Shown piece by piece: positions 10,498-18,975 of a DNA stretch of 64,000 nucleotides (its first letter is position 1; the number at the start of each line of letters is the position of its first letter). The position numbers and the translations under genes were made by a program. The stretch is taken from contig CAWCDG010000004.1 in assembly GCA_963794325.1 (NCBI GenBank), positions 1,408,001 to 1,472,000 on the forward strand. The letters run 5' to 3'. The notes beneath the pieces are model-generated. The model did not search any database and was not told the DNA's origin. It saw only the letters and a list, made by a program, of their open reading frames with translations. The stretch is from an uncultured delta proteobacterium. GTDB lineage: Bacteria > Desulfobacterota > Binatia > Binatales > Binataceae.

Positions 10498-11381
10498 TTC
10501 CCCAGCGCGAGCATGCGGCCGAGGTCGAACGGCCAGTCGCTTGTCGCATACTCGAAACATTGGTCGATTTGATCGTCACTGAAATGATAATCGCGGCGCA
10601 GCGTGCGCGTGACGCGGTCGCGGATTGCGCTTCTGGCGCGGGCCAGGTTGCGCGACGCGCTCGACTCGTGCTCGCCGAGCAGAGCCGCGGTCTGCGCGAG
10701 TGTCAGGTCTTGCACATAGTAATACGAGAGTCGCAGGCGGTCGTCGGGCGACAGTTCATTGAGAGCGGCACGTATCGAGCGCTCGAGCGCTGCCAGCAGC
10801 TTTGCGCGATCGGGGTCGGGCGAATCAGTCCCGTTGACGGTCAGGCCGGGGTTGCCGTCGCGCTGGTCGTCGAGCGGTTCCATTCGGCGCGTCGCGCGCC
10901 ATCGATCGGCTTCGAGACGAGTGACGACTACTCGCATCCAGGACATCAGCGAGCTGCGGCCGCCGTAGTGTTCAAGGGGAGAGCGGCGATCGCTGGTGGC
11001 GCCACGCAGACCGTAAAGATCGGCCCAGAGAGAATCGGCGATCTCGCTCGCGTGCGTGGAATTGCCGAGTACCGCGCGCGCGAACGCATCGACGGGCGCA
11101 CGATAGGTCGTTACGAGATGACGCCATGCGTCGGCGTCGCCGTCGCGGCATCCGATGGCTAGTGCGAGGTCAATTGCATGCAGAGAATTGAGGAAGCGGG
11201 TGCCTTCAGCGCGGGCGAGAGTGATCGTATCGGCACCGAAGCGGCGCTCGAAACTTCGCCACAAGGCACTGGCGAAAGATAATCGTGAGACGTGCCAGGT
11301 CGCGGCGTTGCTGGCGGAATAGAGGCGATCGATTGTGTCGCGGTAATTTTTCGAGAACTGTTCCAGCGACGTGGCCGCCAT
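10494..11381 (-). CDS. ECF-type sigma-70 factor with N-terminal extension
   Basis: DLALAIGCRDGDADAW, YGGRSSLMSW (region 2), LSYYYVQDLTLAQTAALLG..ASRNLARAR (region 4). Confidence 0.88.
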   Translation of the reverse strand: MAATSLEQFSKNYRDTIDRLYSASNAATWHVSRLSFASALWRSFERRFGADTITLARAEGTRFLNSLHAIDLALAIGCRDGDADAWRHLVTTYRAPVDAFARAVLGNSTHASEIADSLWADLYGLRGATSDRRSPLEHYGGRSSLMSWMRVVVTRLEADRWRATRRMEPLDDQRDGNPGLTVNGTDSPDPDRAKLLAALERSIRAALNELSPDDRLRLSYYYVQDLTLAQTAALLGEHESSASRNLARARSAIRDRVTRTLRRDYHFSDDQIDQCFEYATSDWPFDLGRMLALGK

Positions 11382-11548
11382 GATTTCTATACTGAGCTTG
11401 GGTCATCGCGAATCTCAACCTCAGAGTCGGGCGAGTATGCAGAGCTCGTTTGTGACTGTCGCGTGCTCTGAGGCTGCGAGAGAATCGCCGGCTGAAGCCG
11501 GTGCCACTTCAGGCAACTATTGGGTTAATATGACCGGCGTCGCCGCAA

Positions 11549-13642
11549 ATGAAGACCCCGCGTCAGTATTTGTCCGAGCGGTATCCGTGGCTGAACCTTG
11601 CCGATTCACTCGCGGTTGCGATTGTACTGGTGCTGGCGATCGTCGCGATCTGGCCGCGCTCGCGGCTGGTGAGCGAGCTGGTCCGGGTGACCGCGATTCC
11701 GGGATTGATTGCCGCGACGGTGTGGGCGTTCACGTTTTGGCATCGAGCCCGTATCCAGATCGGACGGCTGAAGCTTCGCTACAAGTCGGTGAGGCGAATC
11801 GCGGGGATCGCCGCGACGTTATGCCTGCCGTTTCTGCTCTTGCAGCAGGTATCAATCTATCTTCAGGGCCCGAATATCCTTCGCGAGCTTCCGCCGGAAG
11901 TCGCGGAGGCGAGGGCTCCGTACCCGGACGTCGAAAAATGGCGCATCCGCGTCGTCTTTGCGATCGCGCATCTCGTAGGCGACAAAGGGCAGCAGCTTGA
12001 AGGACGCCTGCGCGACGCGCTGTCGAATATCGATCCGAGATTGCACATCACGCCGATTATTCTGAATTCTACGATTGCGGTTTCCGGCCGTCCGCAGGGT
12101 ATCGCTCATCTCGATGCGCTCAACTCGGTGACGAACGTGCGCGTGGAGGCGTTGATCTGGGGCGGGGCAACCGGAGGATCGCCTCCGGCGGTTGGGCCGC
12201 TCTATGAAACGAAATTCGGATCCGATCCCCAATTCGGCGGCGTGTATCTCCCATCGGACTTCAAGCTGCCGGAGTTGCCGCCGGACGATCTGGTCAAGGT
12301 GATTCGCTTGATCGTAGCAGCGCAAAGCGCGGACTCTATGAGCGAGTGGATGTTCAAATTTGGCGATGCCCTTGAACCGGCAATTCGCGAGACTCGCACG
12401 CTCGCCGACGATCCCCGAAGGAGCGGCGCGTGGACGGCCGACGCACGCGCGCGCGTGAATCTGGCGATCGGTATCGCAAGCCGAATCTCAGGTGTCGAAC
12501 TCAAGTCTGAAGATTCGTTGAGTAGCGCCATCACTTACCTTCGGCGAGCACAGGAAGATTGGACGCGAGAACGCGATCCGCTGGAGTGGGCGATGGCGCA
12601 GCTCAACCTGGGCACGGCGCTGAATCAAATTTCATCTCTCAATCATAAACGGGCGCCTTTGCAGGAGGCTGCGGCCGCGTACAAGAATGCGTTAGCGGTG
12701 TACCAAGCGCGTTCCGATTCGCTCGACGCGGCAACGGTGCAGCTCCAGCTGGGAAATACGTTCCAGCAAATTGCAAATCATGAAGCGGGAAATGACAGTC
12801 TGCATCAGGCGGCGGACTATAGTCGCGCCGCAGTGAAAGGCTTCGACGTGAAGTTCTACCCGATGAGCTGGGCGGCGGCTCAAACACAGCTGGGATCTGT
12901 GCTTAGTGCGCTGGCGGATCGCGAGGATAACGCAGGTGGTTACGAGAACGCGATTGCGGCTTTTAGAGAGGCGCTAAAGGTTTACACAAAGCAATCGGAT
13001 CCGATGCGCTGGGCAGACGCTCAAAATCAACTCGCGGAGGCCCTCCAGTTACTCGGCGGGGCTCGCTCGAATGTCGAAGATCTTAGAGAGTCGGTCGCCA
13101 TCAGCAGGCAGGTACTGGATGGTTTTCCGCGCGATTGGGATCGACAGCGCTGGGCGGGTACTCAGGCTGTCTTTGGCAACGAACTACTGAGTCTCAACGA
13201 TCTCCAACCCAACCCGAGCTATCCGCAAGAAGCTGTAAAAGCATTTCGCGCCAGCCTCGAAGAGCAGTCGCGCGACCGCGATCCGATCGCGTGGGCGACG
13301 TTGAAAGCCTCGCTCGGCAATGCGCTCGACGAGATGGGGGAAAGCAACAACGAGTCCTGGTGCTTCCAGCAGGCGATTCAGGATTACAACGATGCGCTCG
13401 AGGTATTCAAACCCGACCGCGATCCAATCCAATGGGCGCGAGCGAAGAGCGATCTCGGGGACGCATTGTCAGGACTCGGCATGCGCGGACCAGGAGTCAC
13501 ATACCTGAAAGAGGCAGTCGATAACTATCATCAGGCCCTGACCGTGTTAACCAAGGACAAGTTACCGGGCGACTGGAAGAAGACACAAAATAATCTTGAA
13601 ATCGCGCTCGACGCACTACGTCAGCGGGGCTGGAATGGCTGA
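11549..13642 (+). CDS. Membrane-anchored TPR-repeat protein
   Basis: Three N-terminal TM helices, then about 8 repeats of the type P..WA..Q..LG.AL. Confidence 0.85.
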   Translation: MKTPRQYLSERYPWLNLADSLAVAIVLVLAIVAIWPRSRLVSELVRVTAIPGLIAATVWAFTFWHRARIQIGRLKLRYKSVRRIAGIAATLCLPFLLLQQVSIYLQGPNILRELPPEVAEARAPYPDVEKWRIRVVFAIAHLVGDKGQQLEGRLRDALSNIDPRLHITPIILNSTIAVSGRPQGIAHLDALNSVTNVRVEALIWGGATGGSPPAVGPLYETKFGSDPQFGGVYLPSDFKLPELPPDDLVKVIRLIVAAQSADSMSEWMFKFGDALEPAIRETRTLADDPRRSGAWTADARARVNLAIGIASRISGVELKSEDSLSSAITYLRRAQEDWTRERDPLEWAMAQLNLGTALNQISSLNHKRAPLQEAAAAYKNALAVYQARSDSLDAATVQLQLGNTFQQIANHEAGNDSLHQAADYSRAAVKGFDVKFYPMSWAAAQTQLGSVLSALADREDNAGGYENAIAAFREALKVYTKQSDPMRWADAQNQLAEALQLLGGARSNVEDLRESVAISRQVLDGFPRDWDRQRWAGTQAVFGNELLSLNDLQPNPSYPQEAVKAFRASLEEQSRDRDPIAWATLKASLGNALDEMGESNNESWCFQQAIQDYNDALEVFKPDRDPIQWARAKSDLGDALSGLGMRGPGVTYLKEAVDNYHQALTVLTKDKLPGDWKKTQNNLEIALDALRQRGWNG

Positions 13643-13646
13643 CGTT

Positions 13647-14540
13647 TCACTGTCGGGCGGCGGTGATCGATTGGGCGCCGACTTCATCCTTAGGCTGGTC
13701 CAGGACGATCGCCTTATAGGCTAGTGCGGGGCCGGCGAGGGCGGTGGTCGTCAGCGCGATCAGCAGCATGTCGATGCATCCGCGGAACGCCTCGATTACG
13801 CCGGGCGGATGGTAGCCCATGTACCATTCGAACGCCTCCCGGATGATCCAGTAGGGCAGGAACGTGAGGACGAGAATTGCCGCGAGCCGCTCGATATTCC
13901 CGGCGGTCTGCTTCCACGCCTCGCGGATGCCGGCGTACCGGCCGATCGCAATCGCAGGAAAAACGAAAGCCAATCGGACGTATCCGATCGCATAAAGGCC
14001 AAGTCCGAGCATCATCACCGATCCTCCGAACAGCGAGATCTGGTTGTCAAAGTTTCGCTGGCCATAGCGGAGGAGGACGAACGGCAGGCCGACGAGAACC
14101 AGCAGCGCCGCCATCATGACGGTGACTGCCAGCAGATAAAGCCATTGCGTTCGCGAGTAGGAAAACTGTGGATGGTTCATCACCGCGCCGCGGCCTTTGA
14201 TTGCGAGCTTGGTCCATGCCACGGAGAACGGCGTGAACAGAATGAAATGCGCGATCGTCATCATAGCGCCGGTCACCTCTTTGGAAACGTCCTGACGCAG
14301 GAGGACATAGCAGACGAGATCGATGGCCAGGATAGCGGCAAACGGAATCCATGCGAATTTCAGTAATTCGGGGAGACAGAACAATGGCATCAGGAGGGAT
14401 TCCTTAACGATCGAAAAGACCGGAAGTTCGACCACCAGGAATCGGCGCTGTCCAGTTGTCTGCACGTTCACGCGTTTAACACTCAACGTGGACAGAGTCG
14501 AATGGGTAAACTCTGGCAGTCTGGAGTTGCGGCGTCGCAA
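13647..14540 (-). CDS. Multi-pass membrane protein of unknown function
   Basis: About 6 hydrophobic helices, RLAFVFPAIA..AWKQT.GN pattern; true start probably near 14390. Confidence 0.7.
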   Translation of the reverse strand: MRRRNSRLPEFTHSTLSTLSVKRVNVQTTGQRRFLVVELPVFSIVKESLLMPLFCLPELLKFAWIPFAAILAIDLVCYVLLRQDVSKEVTGAMMTIAHFILFTPFSVAWTKLAIKGRGAVMNHPQFSYSRTQWLYLLAVTVMMAALLVLVGLPFVLLRYGQRNFDNQISLFGGSVMMLGLGLYAIGYVRLAFVFPAIAIGRYAGIREAWKQTAGNIERLAAILVLTFLPYWIIREAFEWYMGYHPPGVIEAFRGCIDMLLIALTTTALAGPALAYKAIVLDQPKDEVGAQSITAARQ

Positions 14541-14581
14541 GGCGGGGGCGAAGTTGTGCGGGCATCGTGGATGATGCGAAG

Positions 14582-14620
14582 AACCTAACCCCTAACCCCT
14601 TCCCGAGCGGGAAGGGGAAC
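14582..14620. repeat. BoxC/REP-like palindromic intergenic repeat, copy 1 (degenerate half-copy at ~14635-14660)
   Basis: AACCTAACCCCTAACCCCTTCCCGAGCGGGAAGGGGAAC, identical over 39 bp to 18592..18630; CCCCTTCCC/GGGAAGGGG hairpin. Confidence 0.85.
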
Positions 14621-14692
14621 TGGAGTGATGGGAGTAACTCCTTCCCGAGCGAGAAAGGGAGCTGGACGCGAAGTGGATTCGCAGATTGCCGG

Positions 14693-15589
14693 CTACTGGA
14701 GGATTTTCTTGAGGCTAGTCGGCAGGGGGCTTTGGAAATTCATTGAGGTGCCGGAGACTGGGTGGCGGAAGGTTAGTTCGCATGAGTGGAGTGCCAGGCG
14801 GCCGGCGGGGTCGGTCGACGCGCCGTATTTGCGATCGCCGACTACAGGATGACCGAAGGCGGATAGCTGGACGCGGATCTGGTTTTTGCGGCCGGTTTCC
14901 AGGGTCAACTCGAGCATCGCGTTGTCGCGGCCTTTTCGCAGGACGCGGTAGTGAGTGATGGCCAGTTCGCCGCCGCGATCGACGCGATGCATCCTGAGTG
15001 ACTTGCTCTCGACGAGATTGTCGCGGAGGGTGCCGTCGGCCTTCGAGGGGATGCCTTCGACGACGGCCAGGTACTTCTTGGTGACGCTTTTCCAGTTCTC
15101 TTGAAGGGCAGCCTGTACTGCGTGGCTTCTTGCGAAGAGCATCAGGCCGGAGGTTTCGCGATCGAGTCGATGCACGATGAAGGCTTGCTGCGACGGCGAG
15201 CCGGTGACCGCCTTCAGATGGTCGTTGAGGATTCGATGCGCGGTGCGTTCTTTCTCGGCCTCCGAGCCCATTGAAAGAAGACCCGCCGCTTTGTCGACCA
15301 CGACGAGGTCATCGTCGAGATGGATGATTTTCAAGCCCTGGCGATCGAGCGATGGCGCAGGAACCTGCTTACCCGTCACAATCGTCACGACGTCGCCCGG
15401 TTGCAACTGCGTGTCGTGCTTGACGGTAGTCATTCGCGAGACGGTTACGGCGCGGAAGCGTAAGAGATCCTTGGCCGCTTTGCGCGAGAGTCCCAGCGGA
15501 AGAGTCATCAGATAGGGCAGCAGCTCGCATCGCGACGAGACGCTGAATTTGTGGTCACGCGCCGGCATTGCGGTAGTATGGTCGCCCAC
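14693..15589 (-). CDS. RluA-family pseudouridine synthase with S4-like N-terminus
   Basis: VVDKAAGL, HRLDRETSG (catalytic Asp), TGRKNQIR, GDRKYG, LALH. Confidence 0.93.
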   Translation of the reverse strand: MGDHTTAMPARDHKFSVSSRCELLPYLMTLPLGLSRKAAKDLLRFRAVTVSRMTTVKHDTQLQPGDVVTIVTGKQVPAPSLDRQGLKIIHLDDDLVVVDKAAGLLSMGSEAEKERTAHRILNDHLKAVTGSPSQQAFIVHRLDRETSGLMLFARSHAVQAALQENWKSVTKKYLAVVEGIPSKADGTLRDNLVESKSLRMHRVDRGGELAITHYRVLRKGRDNAMLELTLETGRKNQIRVQLSAFGHPVVGDRKYGASTDPAGRLALHSCELTFRHPVSGTSMNFQSPLPTSLKKILQ

Positions 15590-15779
15590 AATCGATGAAG
15601 CGGCAAGAACAACACGATCACTTAATTGGATGTGAAACCGCCGTGGGTTTCATGCTTTCCTGGGCAGGGTAACCCTGCACTTTAGAATTAAGGAAGTGAA
15701 TAGTACACTGAGTAATCGACAAATACTCACTTGATTCGTTCTGGTGGGAACCTTGTTGAGACTATTCGGATAATTCAAA

Positions 15780-15809
15780 TTGACACTCCGCAATTACTAA
15801 CCATATTAT
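15780..15809 (+). promoter_or_regulatory. Sigma-70-like promoter
   Basis: TTGACA-18 bp-TATTAT; the predicted +1 near 15816 coincides with the start of the conserved leader stem. Confidence 0.6.
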
Positions 15810-15815
15810 CCAATA

Positions 15816-15937
15816 GCCGGGATCGATATAGATTTGAGTCCGGCTTTGATCCAGCCCGACGGTGGCCTTTCCGCTCGCCTTTGACCACGGTTCGCTAGAC
15901 CATCGTAGATAGTGTGCGTTTCAAGGCTGGAGGAGGT
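15816..15937 (+). ncRNA. Putative structured 5' leader RNA, copy 1
   Basis: Paralogous to 18816..18937, with a 40-bp identical core and a covarying 5' hairpin; ends at a GGAGG SD. Confidence 0.65.
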
Positions 15938-15942
15938 TCTTC

Positions 15943-16266
15943 ATGGAATTCTCTGCTAGACGTGGCGTCTCGCGAGTCAGCATTTTGTGCGGATTCGTGA
16001 CCATGGATCTTTACTGGCTGTACCTGATTTGTATATCGCACGTGATGAATCCAGTGAGTGTTTTTGTCGTGGACCTGACCGGGCGGCATTTGCAGCCGGG
16101 GCAGATCGGAAGTCTCACGACGACGTTGGCCTGGAGCGAAGTGCGGTTAGCGGTCGTAGCGTCTTTGATCGTATTCGGGCTGGCCACGTTGATCGCGGAT
16201 GCGGGCATGAAGATGTTTGCGAGCCCGGATTCCGACCGTCTCTCATTGGCAACGACCATCGCATGA
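15943..16266 (+). CDS. Small hypothetical membrane protein
   Basis: GGAGG about 7 nt before the ATG; hydrophobic segments; no family recognised. Confidence 0.5.
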   Translation: MEFSARRGVSRVSILCGFVTMDLYWLYLICISHVMNPVSVFVVDLTGRHLQPGQIGSLTTTLAWSEVRLAVVASLIVFGLATLIADAGMKMFASPDSDRLSLATTIA

Positions 16267-16326
16267 GCGAGCACGAATCCACGGGGATTTGATCATTCTT
16301 AACGAAAATCGGACTCGAGAAAAAAA

Positions 16327-16551
16327 ATGAAACCTATAGTAATGATTGGCGCGATCGTCGCGCTGCTTGGGCTTCTGGCGCTTGCTTTGCCGGAGTTCAC
16401 CACCAATCAGACGAAGAACGTTGCAACGCTGGGCGATCTCAAGATCCAGGCGAACGAGCAGACCTCGCATGTAATCCCGCCTATTCTCGGAGGCGCTGCG
16501 TTGATCGTGGGGTTGGTTATGGTGACGGGCGGCCTTTACCAGAAACGCTAG
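16327..16551 (+). CDS. Small 2-TM protein (DUF3185-like)
   Basis: TM-short loop-TM with IPPILGG motif. Confidence 0.75.
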   Translation: MKPIVMIGAIVALLGLLALALPEFTTNQTKNVATLGDLKIQANEQTSHVIPPILGGAALIVGLVMVTGGLYQKR

Positions 16552-16627
16552 TCGTCAGTCGCAGCCGAAATACTCACTTGACTACTCAGTCGAACATTCA
16601 CGGCCAATTGTTGACTCGAGAACAACC

Positions 16628-18460
16628 GTGGAAAAACTCTCGACAGCCCCGCTAATTGCAGAGCACGAGCAGGATGAACGCCCGAGCGGCCTGAGTTCCG
16701 CGGGACCGGTTGTCGCGATAATCCTCGCGACGGTGGTGCTCTCTTACGCCAAAGAAATTTTGATGCCGTTGACGATGGCTGCCCTGCTGGCGGTCATCTT
16801 CAGTCCGATTGCCACGCGGCTCGATCGTTTTGTGGGGAGCTTCGTCAGCGCCGCGCTGGTGGTGGTGACTACGGTTACGATTGTTGCTGGGATTGGATAT
16901 TTCGTAACGGTCGAGCTTACCTCGGTCGCCGTGCAGGTCACCGACTATACCGACAATATCGCCACCAAGCTGACCGCATTGAAGGGTAGTACGCCCGAGT
17001 GGATGCTGCGGGTGCAGGACGGGATCAAAGACGTCGAGCAGCAGATCAACGAAATGACGCCGCGAGCGAACCGCGCGAAACCGGCCAAAGTGGTTCAGGT
17101 ACCGGCGGTTCAGTCAGACCTTGAGCAGGCGGTGAAGCCGGCCGTCCCAATATTGTCGGGACTGTTTGAAGGGCTGCTGATCGTAGTGCTGATGTTCTTT
17201 CTGCTGTATGGCAGAAATGACTTGCGCGATCGGCTGGTGCGGCTTGCGGCACGCGGCCGGATTACGCTTTCGGCCGAGGCGATTGGGACTGCGGGCGAAG
17301 CGGTGGGTCATTACCTGTTGCTATTCGCTCTGACTAATCTCGGATACGGAGTAGCTATCGGACTGACTATCTGGGCGATTGGGTTGCCGAACCCGATTCT
17401 GTGGGGAGCGCTGGCGGCGCTCTTTCGTTTCGTGCCCTACGTTGGGGTTCCGATTGCCGCTCTACTCCCGATGTGTGTGGCCTTCGCGGTTTTCCCCGGA
17501 TGGAGCAAGTCGGTCGAGGTGTTCGCCGCATTTGTCATTTTCGATCAAATAGTGAGCTACCTGGTCGAGCCTTTCCTGATCGGCCGCGGAGTTGGATTGT
17601 CGCCGCTGGGCCTGTTGTTCTCCGCGATGTTCTGGGGATGGCTGTGGGGGCTTCCGGGACTGCTGCTCGCCACCTCATTGACCGCATGCCTTAAGGTCGC
17701 TGGAGACTATATTCCGGCACTCGGCTTTTTCGCCGTGCTGTTTGGAGATGATAGCGCCCGCGAGGACTATCACGACTACTACCGCAGCCTGCTCGAGCTC
17801 GATCAGACGAGTGCGCGCACTATCGCGGTCAGGTACTGCGACAAAAATGGGCTCGAGCCGACCTTCGACGACGTACTGGTCCCGGCGGTCGTTCTGGCCG
17901 GCGAGGAGCGCTTCGAAAATCATATCAGCGAGGAGAATCAGAAGCTGATTTTCGACACGACTGTCGCGCTGGTGAAGGAACTTGGCGATCGGTTCAACAA
18001 ACCCCGGTACAGAGGCCGGCTCCGAATCGTGGGTATCGTGCCGCCCGGCGAGGTTCACAGCCTGGGGCTGCTGATGCTGCTGGAACTGCTCCGGCGGACG
18101 GGAATCGCGGCAAATTTTTTCGGCATGGATAAATCGCCGGCAGAAATTTGCGCCTTTGTGAATCAATACGGACCTGACATGGTTTTTGTTTCCTGCACCA
18201 CGACAGAATGTATGCCCGCCGCGGTCGAACTGGTGCGCGTGCTGGTCGCGCAGTCGCCGCACCTGACCATCATCGGCGGCGGAGCGGCCGCGCTGGTGCA
18301 TCGCGCGGAACTGCTCGAGGCTGGCGCCACGGAAATCTGCGGCAGCAGGGGCGAAGTACGACACGCGGTACGACTGTACGCACTCAGACGCTCGGTTTCG
18401 CGGTCATCGCAGATCGGTGTCGCCCGCCCTGGAGTCGGCGCTCAGACTACAAATAGCTAG
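16628..18460 (+). CDS. AI-2E family transporter with C-terminal cobalamin-binding module
   Basis: FVPYVG and WGWLWGLPGLLLA AI-2E motifs; C-terminal helical cap plus EVHSLG, SCT and GGG Rossmann motifs. Confidence 0.88.
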   Translation: MEKLSTAPLIAEHEQDERPSGLSSAGPVVAIILATVVLSYAKEILMPLTMAALLAVIFSPIATRLDRFVGSFVSAALVVVTTVTIVAGIGYFVTVELTSVAVQVTDYTDNIATKLTALKGSTPEWMLRVQDGIKDVEQQINEMTPRANRAKPAKVVQVPAVQSDLEQAVKPAVPILSGLFEGLLIVVLMFFLLYGRNDLRDRLVRLAARGRITLSAEAIGTAGEAVGHYLLLFALTNLGYGVAIGLTIWAIGLPNPILWGALAALFRFVPYVGVPIAALLPMCVAFAVFPGWSKSVEVFAAFVIFDQIVSYLVEPFLIGRGVGLSPLGLLFSAMFWGWLWGLPGLLLATSLTACLKVAGDYIPALGFFAVLFGDDSAREDYHDYYRSLLELDQTSARTIAVRYCDKNGLEPTFDDVLVPAVVLAGEERFENHISEENQKLIFDTTVALVKELGDRFNKPRYRGRLRIVGIVPPGEVHSLGLLMLLELLRRTGIAANFFGMDKSPAEICAFVNQYGPDMVFVSCTTTECMPAAVELVRVLVAQSPHLTIIGGGAAALVHRAELLEAGATEICGSRGEVRHAVRLYALRRSVSRSSQIGVARPGVGAQTTNS

Positions 18461-18591
18461 TTGTTTCAGTATTAAGGCTTTTTCAGTATTAAGGCCGCGC
18501 TCCGTTGTCGCGCGCGGACTGAGAGAGCAATCGCGCGCTCTCGAGGGAATGGCGACCGGATTTAGGTCGGGAGGTTTAGGTCATTAACGGA

Positions 18592-18630
18592 AACCTAACC
18601 CCTAACCCCTTCCCGAGCGGGAAGGGGAAC
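18592..18630. repeat. BoxC/REP-like palindromic intergenic repeat, copy 2
   Basis: 39-bp identity with 14582..14620. Confidence 0.85.
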
Positions 18631-18815
18631 AAGATTAGGAGGAGAACCCTTCCCCTGGAACGGGAACCGGAATGGATAGTCGATAAATGACTAATGGATT
18701 GAGTATGTATATTGTGCCTCCGATTAGTATTTGTATTGTTCCTCCAAGCACCTTAACTAGTACTCACATAGTAAATCTAGTCGCATTCTGAAATTAGGGT
18801 GATTACTATCTACTT

Positions 18816-18937
18816 GTCGGAATCGATATACGGTTCGAGTCCGACTCTGATCCAGCCCGACAGTGGTCTTTCCGCTCGCCTTTGACCACGGTTCGCTAGA
18901 CCATCGTCAAATCGACATTACCAAGGCTCGAGGAGGT
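18816..18937 (+). ncRNA. Putative structured 5' leader RNA, copy 2
   Basis: Paralog of 15816..15937; TACTAT -10 box at the same offset (18804-18809). Confidence 0.65.
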
Positions 18938-18975
18938 CCACGCGAGACGTCACAGTCTCACGGAATTTTCCGCCC

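Noticed and set aside
18464-18495. 15-bp tandem duplication TTTCAGTATTAAGGC
   Set aside because: Isolated; no element between the copies; could be slippage or an assembly artefact.
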